A stretch of DNA of 64,000 nt from Marinobacter sp. (lineage in GTDB: Bacteria > Pseudomonadota > Gammaproteobacteria > Pseudomonadales > Oleiphilaceae): positions 12,484 through 76,483 of the forward strand of contig JAKDUK010000005.1 in the NCBI GenBank assembly GCA_030457765.1, written 5' to 3'. Position 1 is the stretch's first letter; each line of letters starts with the position of its first letter. The notes beneath the pieces were generated by a model. It was not told the DNA's origin and did no database searches. It saw only the letters and a list, made by a program, of their open reading frames with translations. The translations under genes and the position numbers were made by a program. Shown in pieces: positions 1 through 9,340 of this stretch.

Positions 1-699
1 TTTGCAGTGTCGCTGGCCATTCTGTTCGGGGCCAGCACGGCTACGCTAACCACGTTGGTGTCCCAAGCCGGAGCCCTTGCGGGTTGCGCCCTGGTGATTG
101 CTGCCACCCGCATTCAGGGCGTAGGGCAAGACCCGGTGCGGCTGGTACTGGCAGGCGCCACCCTAACTGCGTTGCTATTATCTCTGACCTCCCTGTTAAT
201 GCTAATCGATCAACGGGCCGCGGATGAAATTCGCTTTTGGATCACCGGCAGCATTGCTGGCAAAAGCTGGGACCAGCTAACCGCCACGCTACCCACAATG
301 CTGTTGGCTGGCGCCATAGTGATCGGCGCGGTGAAACCTTTGGCTTCACTTGCCCTGGGTGAAAGAGTCGCCATAGGCCTGGGGCACCGTCCGGGGCTGA
401 TCCGGCTGATGGTCATTATTGCTGTGGCGTTACTGGTCGGTGGTGCGACTGCACTGGCTGGGCCATTGGTATTCGTCGGGCTGGTGGTTCCGTTTGTAGC
501 CCGAGCATTAGGCGGTGCCGATATCCGTAAAACCCTGTGGCTGTGCCTGCCCATAGGGCCAGCCATTATTATTGCCGCAGACACATTGTCTCGATTATTG
601 GTGGTTCCTTCGGAAATGCCACTTGGCGTGATTACCGCCCTGATTGGTGCTCCGGTCTTAATGCTGATTATCCGCGCCCGAAGGATACCGACATTATGA
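1..699 (+). CDS. Fe-siderophore ABC transporter permease (FecCD family), 5'-truncated by the window edge
   Basis: Hydrophobic ORF with FecCD motifs 'FWITGS', 'AGPLVFVGLVVP' and 'EMPLGVITALIGAP'. Its stop overlaps the next ATG (ATGA at 696-699). Confidence 0.9.
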   Translation, partial: FAVSLAILFGASTATLTTLVSQAGALAGCALVIAATRIQGVGQDPVRLVLAGATLTALLLSLTSLLMLIDQRAADEIRFWITGSIAGKSWDQLTATLPTMLLAGAIVIGAVKPLASLALGERVAIGLGHRPGLIRLMVIIAVALLVGGATALAGPLVFVGLVVPFVARALGGADIRKTLWLCLPIGPAIIIAADTLSRLLVVPSEMPLGVITALIGAPVLMLIIRARRIPTL

Positions 700-1802
700 A
701 TGCGCCCATACATACACCGCGGGAGACGCCACCAACATCGCAAGTGCCAGACCCGCAGAGGCTAACCCGTGGCTACTGGTACTGGCGCGCGAAACGCCAA
801 CGCTGGAGCCTGCTTATAGAAAAGCGGGCGCTGGTAGTAAACACAGTTCTGCTTATGGTTTTGGTGCTCTGCAGCTTGGCGTCATTGGCATTCGGCACTC
901 TGTCGATCCCCATGCCCGATGTTCTGCTCACTTTGCAAGGCGAAGGCACCAGCATGCACACCTTCGTAATTGAAGAATTACGCTGGCCCAGACTGCTGGC
1001 CGGAGGTCTTGCCGGGGCAGCGTTCGCTCTCGCAGGCTGCCTGATGCAAACTCTGGCCCGCAACCGGCTGGCTACACCGGGCATTATCGGCATTGATAAC
1101 GCTGCCACCGCGTTTGCCGTGGCCTCGGTAGTCGGTACCGGTATCAGCCTGGCCCCGCCAGCTATGGCACTTACCGGTGCCGCTGTTGCAACAGCCCTGG
1201 CCTTCGGGCTGGCGGGGGCAACTGGCACTCGCGGCTATCGCTTTATTATTGCCGGCCTGGCCATTGGCGCCATCTCCGGCGCACTCACCCAGGTCATGCT
1301 AAGCAGTGTGGCCCTGGACGACGCCAACGCAGCCTACCCCTGGACGGTGGGCAGCCTGAACGCCCGCGCACCAAACTCTGTTCATGCGCTCACCATCGGA
1401 TTGGCCGTAAGCTATGTATTGTCGCTGTTTCTTAACCGTGCCCTGGCTACCTTACAACTGCCCGAAGCAGTTACCACCAGCTTGGGCACCCACCCTGGCC
1501 GGGTAAGACTTATGGGGTTGATTTTGTCAGTTTTACTAACCGGGCTGGCGGTATCTGTTGCCGGCCCCGTTGGATTGATCGCATTGCTGGCCCCAGAACT
1601 GGCGCGCACCGTAAGCCGGCCCGGTAGCATTCCACTGACCGCGTCATTTCTGGCGGGTGCCATCCTAATGGTAGTGTCGGATTTGGCGGGCCGCCTGGTA
1701 CTGGCGCCGCTGGAAATTCCCGTGGGCATTGTCACCGCACTGGCGGGCAGCCCTTACCTGCTCTGGATACTACTGCGCAAATCACCGGACATTAATCGAT
1801 GA
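696..1802 (+). CDS. Fe-siderophore ABC transporter permease (FecCD/FepG-like)
   Basis: Motifs 'LRWPR', 'QTLARNRLATPGIIGI' and 'EIPVGIVTALAGSPY'. Start moved to the ATG at 696, which is coupled to the upstream stop. Confidence 0.9.
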   Translation: MNAPIHTPRETPPTSQVPDPQRLTRGYWYWRAKRQRWSLLIEKRALVVNTVLLMVLVLCSLASLAFGTLSIPMPDVLLTLQGEGTSMHTFVIEELRWPRLLAGGLAGAAFALAGCLMQTLARNRLATPGIIGIDNAATAFAVASVVGTGISLAPPAMALTGAAVATALAFGLAGATGTRGYRFIIAGLAIGAISGALTQVMLSSVALDDANAAYPWTVGSLNARAPNSVHALTIGLAVSYVLSLFLNRALATLQLPEAVTTSLGTHPGRVRLMGLILSVLLTGLAVSVAGPVGLIALLAPELARTVSRPGSIPLTASFLAGAILMVVSDLAGRLVLAPLEIPVGIVTALAGSPYLLWILLRKSPDINR

Positions 1803-2623
1803 ACCAAACCGTCACAATGGCAAATACGCAAACCTCTGCCACCCCGCTGTCTGCAAAGCATTTGGTTATGGCCCACGGCTCGCACACGGTCATTCCACAA
1901 TTGGATGTCGCCCTGCCCGCCGGCCAGGTAACTGCGATTGTGGGCCCAAATGGCTGCGGTAAATCGACCCTTCTTAACGGCCTTGCACGCATCCACAAGC
2001 CACGCCAAGGCACAATTGTTCTCAACGGTGCCGACATTCACAAACAACCAGCACGAGAAGTGGCCCGCAAGCTTGCCCTACTGCCCCAAGACAACAGTGC
2101 GCCGGAAGGCCTTACGGTGACAGATCTGATTCGATTCGGCAGGCATCCGCATCAAAGCTGGCTAAGCCAATGGTCTGATGAAGATCAACATGCGGTTGAA
2201 AGTGCTTTAAGAGCTGCAGATGTGGGCGATCTGGCCGACCGACCTTTAGATACGCTTTCCGGAGGCCAGCGACAACGGGCGTGGGTGGCCATGAGCATTG
2301 CCCAGGAAACACCCCTGTTGCTGCTGGATGAACCCACCTCTGCGCTGGATCTGGGCCACCAGATTGAAGTATTCGAGCTGATCCGCGCCCTGGCCCACCA
2401 AGGCAAAACCATCGCCATGGTGGTGCACGATCTTGCCAGTGCCTGCCGGTACGCGGACCACATTGTTGCCATGCTTGGCGGCGAAATTATCAGCGAAGGG
2501 CCGCCTTCAGACGTCATCACCACCAATCTGATAGAACAGCTTTATGGCGTTACCTGCGACTTGATGCAGGACCCGACCTCGGGCAGCCCGATGTTGTTCA
2601 ACATTCGCCGTGCCCGATGCTGA
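1799..2623 (+). CDS. Fe-siderophore ABC transporter ATP-binding protein (FecE/FhuC/FepC family)
   Basis: Walker A GPNGCGKST, signature LSGGQRQR, Walker B LLLLDEPT and 'VVHDL'. Confidence 0.93.
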   Translation: MNQTVTMANTQTSATPLSAKHLVMAHGSHTVIPQLDVALPAGQVTAIVGPNGCGKSTLLNGLARIHKPRQGTIVLNGADIHKQPAREVARKLALLPQDNSAPEGLTVTDLIRFGRHPHQSWLSQWSDEDQHAVESALRAADVGDLADRPLDTLSGGQRQRAWVAMSIAQETPLLLLDEPTSALDLGHQIEVFELIRALAHQGKTIAMVVHDLASACRYADHIVAMLGGEIISEGPPSDVITTNLIEQLYGVTCDLMQDPTSGSPMLFNIRRARC

Positions 2624-2659
2624 TCCGAAACCGCCAGCCAGAAGGTCAGACTCTACAAA

Positions 2660-3592
2660 TCAAGCTAGCGCGGGTTTGCGTTGACTGCCTGTTCTGATTG
2701 AAGCCACAACAGATCCGGCAACCACCAATACAGCGGCCAGAGGCAAACGCCAGTCTGGCGCGGCAACACCCGCAATAACCAAAAACACGGCCGCCAGCAC
2801 AGGGACACCATAGGCCAGGCTCCCTATCAGCCCGGTAGGCCCGTTACGAAGCGCCATATCCCAAGCCACCATGGCAAGCCCATAAGGCCCAACACCAAGC
2901 CCGATACCAGCCATAAGCGCCAACCCGGAAGGCAAACCAAAAAGGCTGCCAGACAAGCCGTCAGCCACCACAGCACCAATCGCCGCCAGCACAAACAGAC
3001 CGGGCATAACCGGGGCAACCGGAGCGGGCGCAGCCTGGCAAATCCACGAATACAAAGCCCAGCAACAGGCCGCCATCAACGCCAGCCCATAACCTGCCAT
3101 GTAGTCTGAAAACCCCTCACTCTGCGCTCCAGGCGAAAGCAGTAAGACGGCGCCGGAAAACGCAATAAGCGCACCACATAACACCGGCAATGGAATCCGG
3201 CGATGAATCAGCCATTGGCTAATCACAATAAACATCACCGGCCAGGTGTAGGTAATTAGTGCGGCTTCAGCGGTGGGAGCCATACCAACGCCGGTCAGGT
3301 AACCCCCAACAGCCCCCAGAACCAACGCTGGTACCGCACCATAAATAGCCAACTTCCATTTCAGGGGAAGTTGTGCGCGAACCGCCCCATTCCTCCGATT
3401 GCGGCGGTTGCCCAGGCTGGTGGGCAGTGCTGCTATGGCACCACTTAGCAACGCAATGGTCGTAAGCTGAAAAGGCGGAACCGAACTGGCTAAATCCACC
3501 AGTAAAGGCGCACCGGCCCAGAGCACAACGGCAAAAAGGGCGGCAATAATACTGATAATAAGCGGGCGAGATGTGTGTGTGATTGCATGCAC
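2660..3592 (-). CDS. DMT/EamA-family exporter (YddG-like)
   Basis: About 10 hydrophobic segments with 'EAALITYTWP' and 'CWALYS'. The GTG at 3592 is preceded by an AGGAG Shine-Dalgarno (SD). Confidence 0.8.
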   Translation of the reverse strand: MHAITHTSRPLIISIIAALFAVVLWAGAPLLVDLASSVPPFQLTTIALLSGAIAALPTSLGNRRNRRNGAVRAQLPLKWKLAIYGAVPALVLGAVGGYLTGVGMAPTAEAALITYTWPVMFIVISQWLIHRRIPLPVLCGALIAFSGAVLLLSPGAQSEGFSDYMAGYGLALMAACCWALYSWICQAAPAPVAPVMPGLFVLAAIGAVVADGLSGSLFGLPSGLALMAGIGLGVGPYGLAMVAWDMALRNGPTGLIGSLAYGVPVLAAVFLVIAGVAAPDWRLPLAAVLVVAGSVVASIRTGSQRKPALA

Positions 3593-3705
3593 CGTTGTAA
3601 CTCCTGTTGATGTAGGTGAATGGATTCGACAGTGATAGGTTAACCACTTAACATTCATCACAACATCAATGGTTTTTGATAGATAACATCAACAGGATTG
3701 ATATA

Positions 3706-4569
3706 TTGAGACAACGGGTACTGGATTTGAACATGCTGCTGACTCTGGTGACCATTGCAGACACCGGCACCGTAACCGCAGCCGCAGAACGGCTGGCTTA
3801 CACCCAGTCCACCGTGAGTATGCAGTTAAATCGCCTGGAAGCGGCGCTTGGCGTGCCGCTCCACGAGCGGGATGGGCGGCGTATAAGGTTTACAGCCGAG
3901 GGCCAAAAACTCGTCGGCTACGCCAGAAAAATGCTGGAACTGAATAACGAAGCCGTTGATGATGTACAGCAGCAACAGGTGTCCGGGGAGCTGAATCTGG
4001 GCATTCCCGAAGACTACGCGTTTTTGCTTACCTCGGTATTATCCCACTTCAACCGGCTGTTTCCGGCGGTACAACTACAGGTAACCTGCAGATCCAGTGT
4101 AGAACTGGTGAAACAGGTCCAGGCCGGCACCATGGATTTGGCCGTGGTGACACGGCAGGTGCGGTCGCCCGGAGGCGAAGTTATCCTGCGCGAGCCTCTC
4201 ATGTGGGCCGTCGGCGCCAACGCCCAGCCATCACTTACCGATCCAATACCCCTGGCGCTTTATTCCCCCGGCGCAGACGTATTCCGGGATGTGGCCGAAG
4301 AGGCCCTGGCTGGCGCTGGCCGGGATTGGCGAATGGCCTACTCAAGCCAGTCCATGACCGGTTTGATGCCTGTGGTTGCAGCTGGGCTGGCTGTGGTTGT
4401 GGTGACCCGGAACATGCTCACACCGCAACTGCGGGTGCTGGATGAGCGCAGCGGCATGCCCGCACTGCAATCTGTAGAGATTGCCCTGCACCGGCCATCG
4501 GGGCGGCCGTCAGAGCCGGTAAAACAACTGGCAGAACTGATTCGGAGCCACTTATCGACAAGTGATTAG
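3706..4569 (+). CDS. LysR-family transcriptional regulator, divergent from the DMT gene
   Basis: N-terminal HTH 'TAAAERLAYTQSTVSMQLNRLE' plus a LysR substrate domain. Start uncertain (TTG 3706 after AGGA; ORF open from 3676). Confidence 0.9.
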   Translation: MRQRVLDLNMLLTLVTIADTGTVTAAAERLAYTQSTVSMQLNRLEAALGVPLHERDGRRIRFTAEGQKLVGYARKMLELNNEAVDDVQQQQVSGELNLGIPEDYAFLLTSVLSHFNRLFPAVQLQVTCRSSVELVKQVQAGTMDLAVVTRQVRSPGGEVILREPLMWAVGANAQPSLTDPIPLALYSPGADVFRDVAEEALAGAGRDWRMAYSSQSMTGLMPVVAAGLAVVVVTRNMLTPQLRVLDERSGMPALQSVEIALHRPSGRPSEPVKQLAELIRSHLSTSD

Positions 4570-4662
4570 CCCACGCCAAGGGTTTTAGAAAGTTGCACAA
4601 CCATTAGCGTGGCCCTAGGCTACGTTAAAAACCCAACCAAGCCAGTCATGGAATGAAATCCT

Positions 4663-5430
4663 ATGTATGATCCAAAGCACTTCACACTCAAAGACCAGGT
4701 TGCTGTTGTTACGGGCGCAGGCGCAGGTATCGGCCGAGCCATTGCAGAAACTTTCGCGGCGGCCGGTGCAGCGGTTATGGTCAGCGACCTTGACGCCGAA
4801 ACGGCCAACACCGTTGCCAGAGTCATCGAAGCGCAAGGTGGCAAGGCAGCCGGAATCGCCTGCGATGTCACCAAGGAAGAAGACCTTGTCGCGCTGGTGA
4901 ACCAAACCGCAGAGACCTTCGGCAAACTGACCATTGTTGTCAGTAATGCCGGCGGCGGTGGACCCCAGCCTTTCGACATGCCCATGGACAACTTTCGCCG
5001 CGCCTACGATCTGAACGTATTCTCGCTGTTCCGCCTGGCCCAGCTAGCGGTGCCCGAAATGGAGAAAGCCGGGGGTGGTGCAATCCTGGCCATCACATCC
5101 ATGTCTGCCGAGAACAAGAACAAGCGTATGGCCTCTTACGGTTCTTCAAAGGCCGCGACCAGCCACCTCGTTCGCAACATCGCCTTCGATCTGGGCCCCA
5201 AAGGCATTCGCGTAAACGGCATAGCCCCCGGCGCCACACGCACCGACGCGCTGAAATCCGTGTTGAATGAGGACATCGAGAAAAAGATGCTGGAACACAC
5301 CCCCATTAACCGGTTAGGCGAACCTCAAGACATGGCCAATGCTGCCCTGTTTTTGTGCTCACCCGCTGCTGGTTGGGTCGACGGGCAGATTTTGACGGTG
5401 TCTGGTGGCGGCGTTCAGGAACTGGACTGA
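4663..5430 (+). CDS. hdhA: 7-alpha-hydroxysteroid dehydrogenase (SDR family)
   Basis: TGAGAGIG, 'NAGGGGPQPFDMPM..FRRAY.LNVFS', catalytic YGSSK and C-terminus 'GQILTVSGGGVQELD' closely match E. coli HdhA as I recall it; 255 aa. Confidence 0.85.
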   Translation: MYDPKHFTLKDQVAVVTGAGAGIGRAIAETFAAAGAAVMVSDLDAETANTVARVIEAQGGKAAGIACDVTKEEDLVALVNQTAETFGKLTIVVSNAGGGGPQPFDMPMDNFRRAYDLNVFSLFRLAQLAVPEMEKAGGGAILAITSMSAENKNKRMASYGSSKAATSHLVRNIAFDLGPKGIRVNGIAPGATRTDALKSVLNEDIEKKMLEHTPINRLGEPQDMANAALFLCSPAAGWVDGQILTVSGGGVQELD

Positions 5431-5502
5431 ACACCAGCAATATCAATAGCAACCATGCGGTGCCGGGTTCGGCGGCTTAGCCGGCCTTGCGCCGGGTGGT
5501 GC

Positions 5503-5991
5503 TCACTCTGCCTTTCGGGGTTTCAACGCCTTGTAACGCTCCTCTAACTCAGCACGAATCTCACGGCGTTGCTGGCCGTTCATGAAGCGCCTTATCTCGT
5601 CATCTGTACGCGGCTCAAGTTTGGGTACTTTGATGGCCGCCCCACCTTCGTCCACGGCCACCATGGTAAAGAAGCAACTATTGGTGTGCCTGACAAGCTT
5701 GTCACTGATGTTTTCTGTAATCACTTTAATACCCACCTCCATAGAGGTGTTTCCGGTGTAGTTCACACTGGCCAGAAATGTGACCAACTCCCCCACATGG
5801 ATAGGCTGCTTGAAGGTCACCTGGTCAACCGACAGGGTAACAACGTAGTTACCCGCATAACGGCTGGCACAGGCATAGGCCACTTCATCAAGATATTTAA
5901 GCAAGGTGCCACCGTGCACATTGCCAGAAAAGTTGGCCTTGTCCGGTGTCATTAACACCGTCATGGTGAGTGTTGTAGATCCGAGTGTCAT
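5503..5991 (-). CDS. Acyl-CoA thioesterase (hotdog fold, YciA-like)
   Basis: Motifs 'ANFSGNVHGGTLLKYLDEVA' and 'VNYTGNTSMEVG'. Likely ATG at 5991 after GAGAG. Confidence 0.88.
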   Translation of the reverse strand: MTLGSTTLTMTVLMTPDKANFSGNVHGGTLLKYLDEVAYACASRYAGNYVVTLSVDQVTFKQPIHVGELVTFLASVNYTGNTSMEVGIKVITENISDKLVRHTNSCFFTMVAVDEGGAAIKVPKLEPRTDDEIRRFMNGQQRREIRAELEERYKALKPRKAE

Positions 5992-6128
5992 AGTGCTCTC
6001 TTGGTTAGCGAAATATCTGAACAAACCCCCAGAGTCGATGATAGCGCAGCCACCGTCAACTGCGCCTCTAATGCAGTGCAAATTGCTTAACCAGAACTGT
6101 GTGGTACATGCTTACTATTTAGCTGGTT

Positions 6129-6156
6129 AGGTGGCCGACTCGTTTACCGGCCACCT
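6129..6156. terminator. Hairpin downstream of the P1B-ATPase (possible terminator)
   Basis: Perfect 9-bp inverted repeat AGGTGGCCG-N10-CGGCCACCT; no clear U-tract. Confidence 0.4.
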
Positions 6157-6175
6157 TCTCAATCCAACAGCTGTA

Positions 6176-8125
6176 CTACGCAGCTCTTGCGGTGTAATGA
6201 GCAACCGGCAGGGAACGACGCCCATGTGAGCGGCGAGCACGCAGCAATCGCATGCCGTTCACCACAACCACCAGTACGGAGATCTGGTGAATGAACATGC
6301 CGCCCGCCATATGTACTTCGTTGGCGAACACGCCGGCTAAAAGCCCGGCTACGGTGATCAGCGCAATGACCACGTTTTGGCGAATGTTGTTCAGGGTCGC
6401 CCGGGCCAGCCCGATTGCCTCGGGAATTTTGCCGAGATCGTCGGCCATCAGTGCTATATCGGCGCTCTCAATTGCCACATCGGTTCCAGCGGCGCCCATG
6501 GCAATGCCAATGTCTGCTGCTGCCAAGGCCGGGGCGTCGTTTATGCCGTCGCCGACCATGGCTGTGGGGCCACTTTCGTGCTGAATTGTTTTGACGGTAT
6601 CCAGCTTTTGTTCCGGCAAAAGCCCCGCATGAACTTCATCAATCCCCAGTTCTCGAGCAACTCGCCAAGCGCTTGCGGTGTGGTCGCCGGTAAGCATCAC
6701 CAAGCGCTTCACCCCGGTATTACGAAGGGCATGCAGTGCTGCTTTTGCGTCTGCACGAACCCGGTCGGCGAACCCCAGTAATCCGACCACAGCACCATCG
6801 ACGGCGATTGCAGCGGCAGTTTCACCTCGTGAATACAGGTCTTCCAAAGCCGCAACCGCTGTTACTGGCCATTCCTCAACTCGGGTTTCAATCCAATCCG
6901 GGCGGCCGATCTCAACGTGCCGCCCCTGCCAGCTGGCACTGATTCCGCCGCCTGGCGCTGTATCAAAGTGCTCTGCTCGCGGGCCAGAATAGCTTTCCGA
7001 TAAGGCGCGCTCCACCGCGCGACCAAGAGGGTGCTCCGAGCCACTTTCGGCCAATGCGGCCCAGTGTAGTAAACGGGTGCGAGACGATGCTTCATCTGCT
7101 AGCGCTGGAACCCCAGCTAACGGTATAACGGTCATTACCTCTGGGCGCCCTTCCGTGAGAGTGCCGGTTTTATCGAAGGCGACGGCATGGATACGGCCGG
7201 CTGTTTCGAGGTATTCCCCGCCTTTGATCAAAATCCCATCGCGGGCCGCTCGACCAATGCCGGCGATTACCGAAATAGGTGTGGAAATAACCAACGCACC
7301 CGGGCAGCCAATGACCAACAATGTAAGTGCCAGAGCGATGTTCGAAGTGAACACATAGGCGCCTATGGCCAGAAGAATAATCGCGGGCGTGTACCAGCTA
7401 GCAAACCGCTCAATCATTCGCTGGGTTGGGGCTTTGGCTTCTTGCGCTTCCTCTACCCGCTGAATAATCCGCGCCAGAGTGGTATCGGCGCCAACGCCTT
7501 CAGCCCGAACCTCAAGGTAGCCATTATGGCTAACAGTGCCTGCAAATACGGTATCCCCCACCTGCTTCTCGGCCGGAATGGGCTCGCCGGTGATAGCGCT
7601 CTCGTCAATTGCAGAACGGCCACTGAGAATTGCACCGTCTACACCAATGCGCCCGCCTGGGCGGACGACGACCGTTTCTCCCGGTATTATTTCGTGGGGT
7701 GCCACATTGATCTCATCCCCCTCGCGGAGCACAGTAACCTCGGTTGGCGCCAACGCCAGCAAATCTTTAAGCGCAGAGCGAGTACGGGCCAGAGTACGAG
7801 CCTCCAGGTAGCCGCCCAGCACGAACAGAAAGGTGACTGCGGCCGATTCCCAATATTCGCCGATGAATATCGCGCCAACCGCAGCAATCGTAACCAGTAA
7901 CTCAATGCTTATGGTTCTTGCCCGGAATGCCGAGAAGGCTCGCAGCGCAATGTCTGTACCAGCCACAGCTGCGGCGGTGAGCCACAGGGTATCGGTGAGC
8001 AAGGAAGGGCCACCAAGAAAGTAACTGGCGACACCACCTACGCTCGCCAAACCAGCAACCAGAGCTACCACGGCACGCCGGTTAGCCGGGGAGCGCCACT
8101 TAGATAACAGAGTGATAAATTTCAT
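6176..8125 (-). CDS. Heavy-metal-translocating P1B-type ATPase with a CPG motif and no N-terminal metal-binding domain
   Basis: TGE, DKTGTLT, SEHP and GDGINDAP motifs. Transmembrane metal motif 'IGCPGALVIS'; last helix 'HQISVLVVVVNG'. Confidence 0.93.
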   Translation of the reverse strand: MKFITLLSKWRSPANRRAVVALVAGLASVGGVASYFLGGPSLLTDTLWLTAAAVAGTDIALRAFSAFRARTISIELLVTIAAVGAIFIGEYWESAAVTFLFVLGGYLEARTLARTRSALKDLLALAPTEVTVLREGDEINVAPHEIIPGETVVVRPGGRIGVDGAILSGRSAIDESAITGEPIPAEKQVGDTVFAGTVSHNGYLEVRAEGVGADTTLARIIQRVEEAQEAKAPTQRMIERFASWYTPAIILLAIGAYVFTSNIALALTLLVIGCPGALVISTPISVIAGIGRAARDGILIKGGEYLETAGRIHAVAFDKTGTLTEGRPEVMTVIPLAGVPALADEASSRTRLLHWAALAESGSEHPLGRAVERALSESYSGPRAEHFDTAPGGGISASWQGRHVEIGRPDWIETRVEEWPVTAVAALEDLYSRGETAAAIAVDGAVVGLLGFADRVRADAKAALHALRNTGVKRLVMLTGDHTASAWRVARELGIDEVHAGLLPEQKLDTVKTIQHESGPTAMVGDGINDAPALAAADIGIAMGAAGTDVAIESADIALMADDLGKIPEAIGLARATLNNIRQNVVIALITVAGLLAGVFANEVHMAGGMFIHQISVLVVVVNGMRLLRARRSHGRRSLPVAHYTARAA

Positions 8126-8187
8126 GATTATTCACCTCATGATGAAACGCCTGAGCGGGCTACAAACCTGCCCAGACGTTAGAGAGC

Positions 8188-8403
8188 TCAGAACGCGCTA
8201 ACGCGCGCCTCATAACCAACCTCGCGTACCGCCGCGCGCAGGCGCTCGGCCCCAACCTGCTCTGCATCGTGCTCCACTTCGATGCGCCCGGTGTTGAAGT
8301 GCACTTTGGCAGAGGCTACGCCTTCAAGATGGTTCAGTGCGTTCTCAATCTTGGGAACGCAGGAGGGGCAGTTCAGTTCGTCGCTTCGCAGTAGGGTTTT
8401 CAT
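8188..8403 (-). CDS. HMA-domain metallochaperone (CopZ-like)
   Basis: 71 aa with 'LNCPSCVPKIE' (CxxC) and 'VGY' at the C-terminus; AGGAG SD. Confidence 0.9.
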   Translation of the reverse strand: MKTLLRSDELNCPSCVPKIENALNHLEGVASAKVHFNTGRIEVEHDAEQVGAERLRAAVREVGYEARVSAF

Positions 8404-8463
8404 CTCTTATCTCCTGTCTCATTGTTTCGACAGGTTTAGAGTGAATGATAAGCGGGGTTGGTT

Positions 8464-8481
8464 ACATGAGCCGGAACATGT
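8464..8481. promoter_or_regulatory. Candidate Crp/Fnr-family operator upstream of the chaperone-ATPase pair
   Basis: ACATGAGCCGGAACATGT is 14/18 palindromic with a TGA-N6-(T/A)CA geometry, centred ~70 nt upstream of ATG 8403. Confidence 0.35.
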
Positions 8482-8562
8482 TGCTCCACAAAAGGGTAAC
8501 TAAATACACAATGCGGCCGAAAAGTCGGTGTGCGGTTCGATTAGGGGGTTCAATTAGACGGC

Positions 8563-9330
8563 TCAGTTCGTGGGTTCGGCTTCGTTGGCCAGGCGGGCTA
8601 AATTGGTGCGGTTACGTAAGCGTATCCATTGCCGGCCAGTTTCAATATCACCGCTTCGGCGCAAGCCTGAAATAACGCGGCTCACGGTTTCGGCAGTCGA
8701 GCCCACCATGGCAGCCAAGTCTTGTTGTGAGAGCGGCGACTGAATCAAAATGCCGTCGTTTCCATGATCGGCCTCGCCCAGCCGGTCTGCAAGACGCAAA
8801 AGCACCAGGGCAATCCGGGCTTCCACCGGTAAGGTGCTGATCTCCCGAATGGTCGTATGAGCTGCCTCAAGGTCGCGGGCTACTGTGTCGAGCACGGTTA
8901 GCGCCATCTCAGGATATGTTCGCAGTAAGTGCCGAAAATCAGCGGGGGTAATTGCAAGTGCGCAGCAGGTTGTTTGAGCAAGTGCGCTTTGCGGGTACCG
9001 ACGCTGACCAAGCACGGCCAGACCACCAAACAGGCCCCCTTGGCTCAACAGGTCGAGTACAACTTCTTCGCCCGAGACACTATGCTGGAGCAATTTCACC
9101 TTGCCATGAGCAACCAGAAAGAGAGCTTCCGCCAGCTCACTCTCATGGTAAATCCTGGCGCCGGCCGGATAATCAAAGGCACGAAAGTGACGATTCACAT
9201 CACTCAACGCCTGTGCCGATAGCCCCTTAAAATAAGGAACAGCACTCAGAATTCGGGCCCGCTCTTCTATCGAACAGTGGCCAGGCGCTACAGCCTCGTC
9301 TCTCAGCGGCGTCGTGCGTTTTCGGCTCAC
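8563..9330 (-). CDS. Crp/Fnr-family regulator, Flp-like
   Basis: cNMP-type beta-roll and HTH 'QQDLAAMVGSTAETVSR'. The only Cys residues are C19 (in 'HCS') and C122/C123. GTG 9330 follows GAGAGG. Confidence 0.9.
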   Translation of the reverse strand: MSRKRTTPLRDEAVAPGHCSIEERARILSAVPYFKGLSAQALSDVNRHFRAFDYPAGARIYHESELAEALFLVAHGKVKLLQHSVSGEEVVLDLLSQGGLFGGLAVLGQRRYPQSALAQTTCCALAITPADFRHLLRTYPEMALTVLDTVARDLEAAHTTIREISTLPVEARIALVLLRLADRLGEADHGNDGILIQSPLSQQDLAAMVGSTAETVSRVISGLRRSGDIETGRQWIRLRNRTNLARLANEAEPTN

Positions 9331-9340
9331 AGCATACCTC

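Noticed and set aside
537-695. N-terminal extension of the 421-aa permease ORF
   Set aside because: It overlaps the upstream permease; the ATGA coupling at 696 gives a better start.
7187-7900. 237-aa ORF antisense to the P1B-ATPase
   Set aside because: Shadow frame of a clear gene; no motifs or SD.
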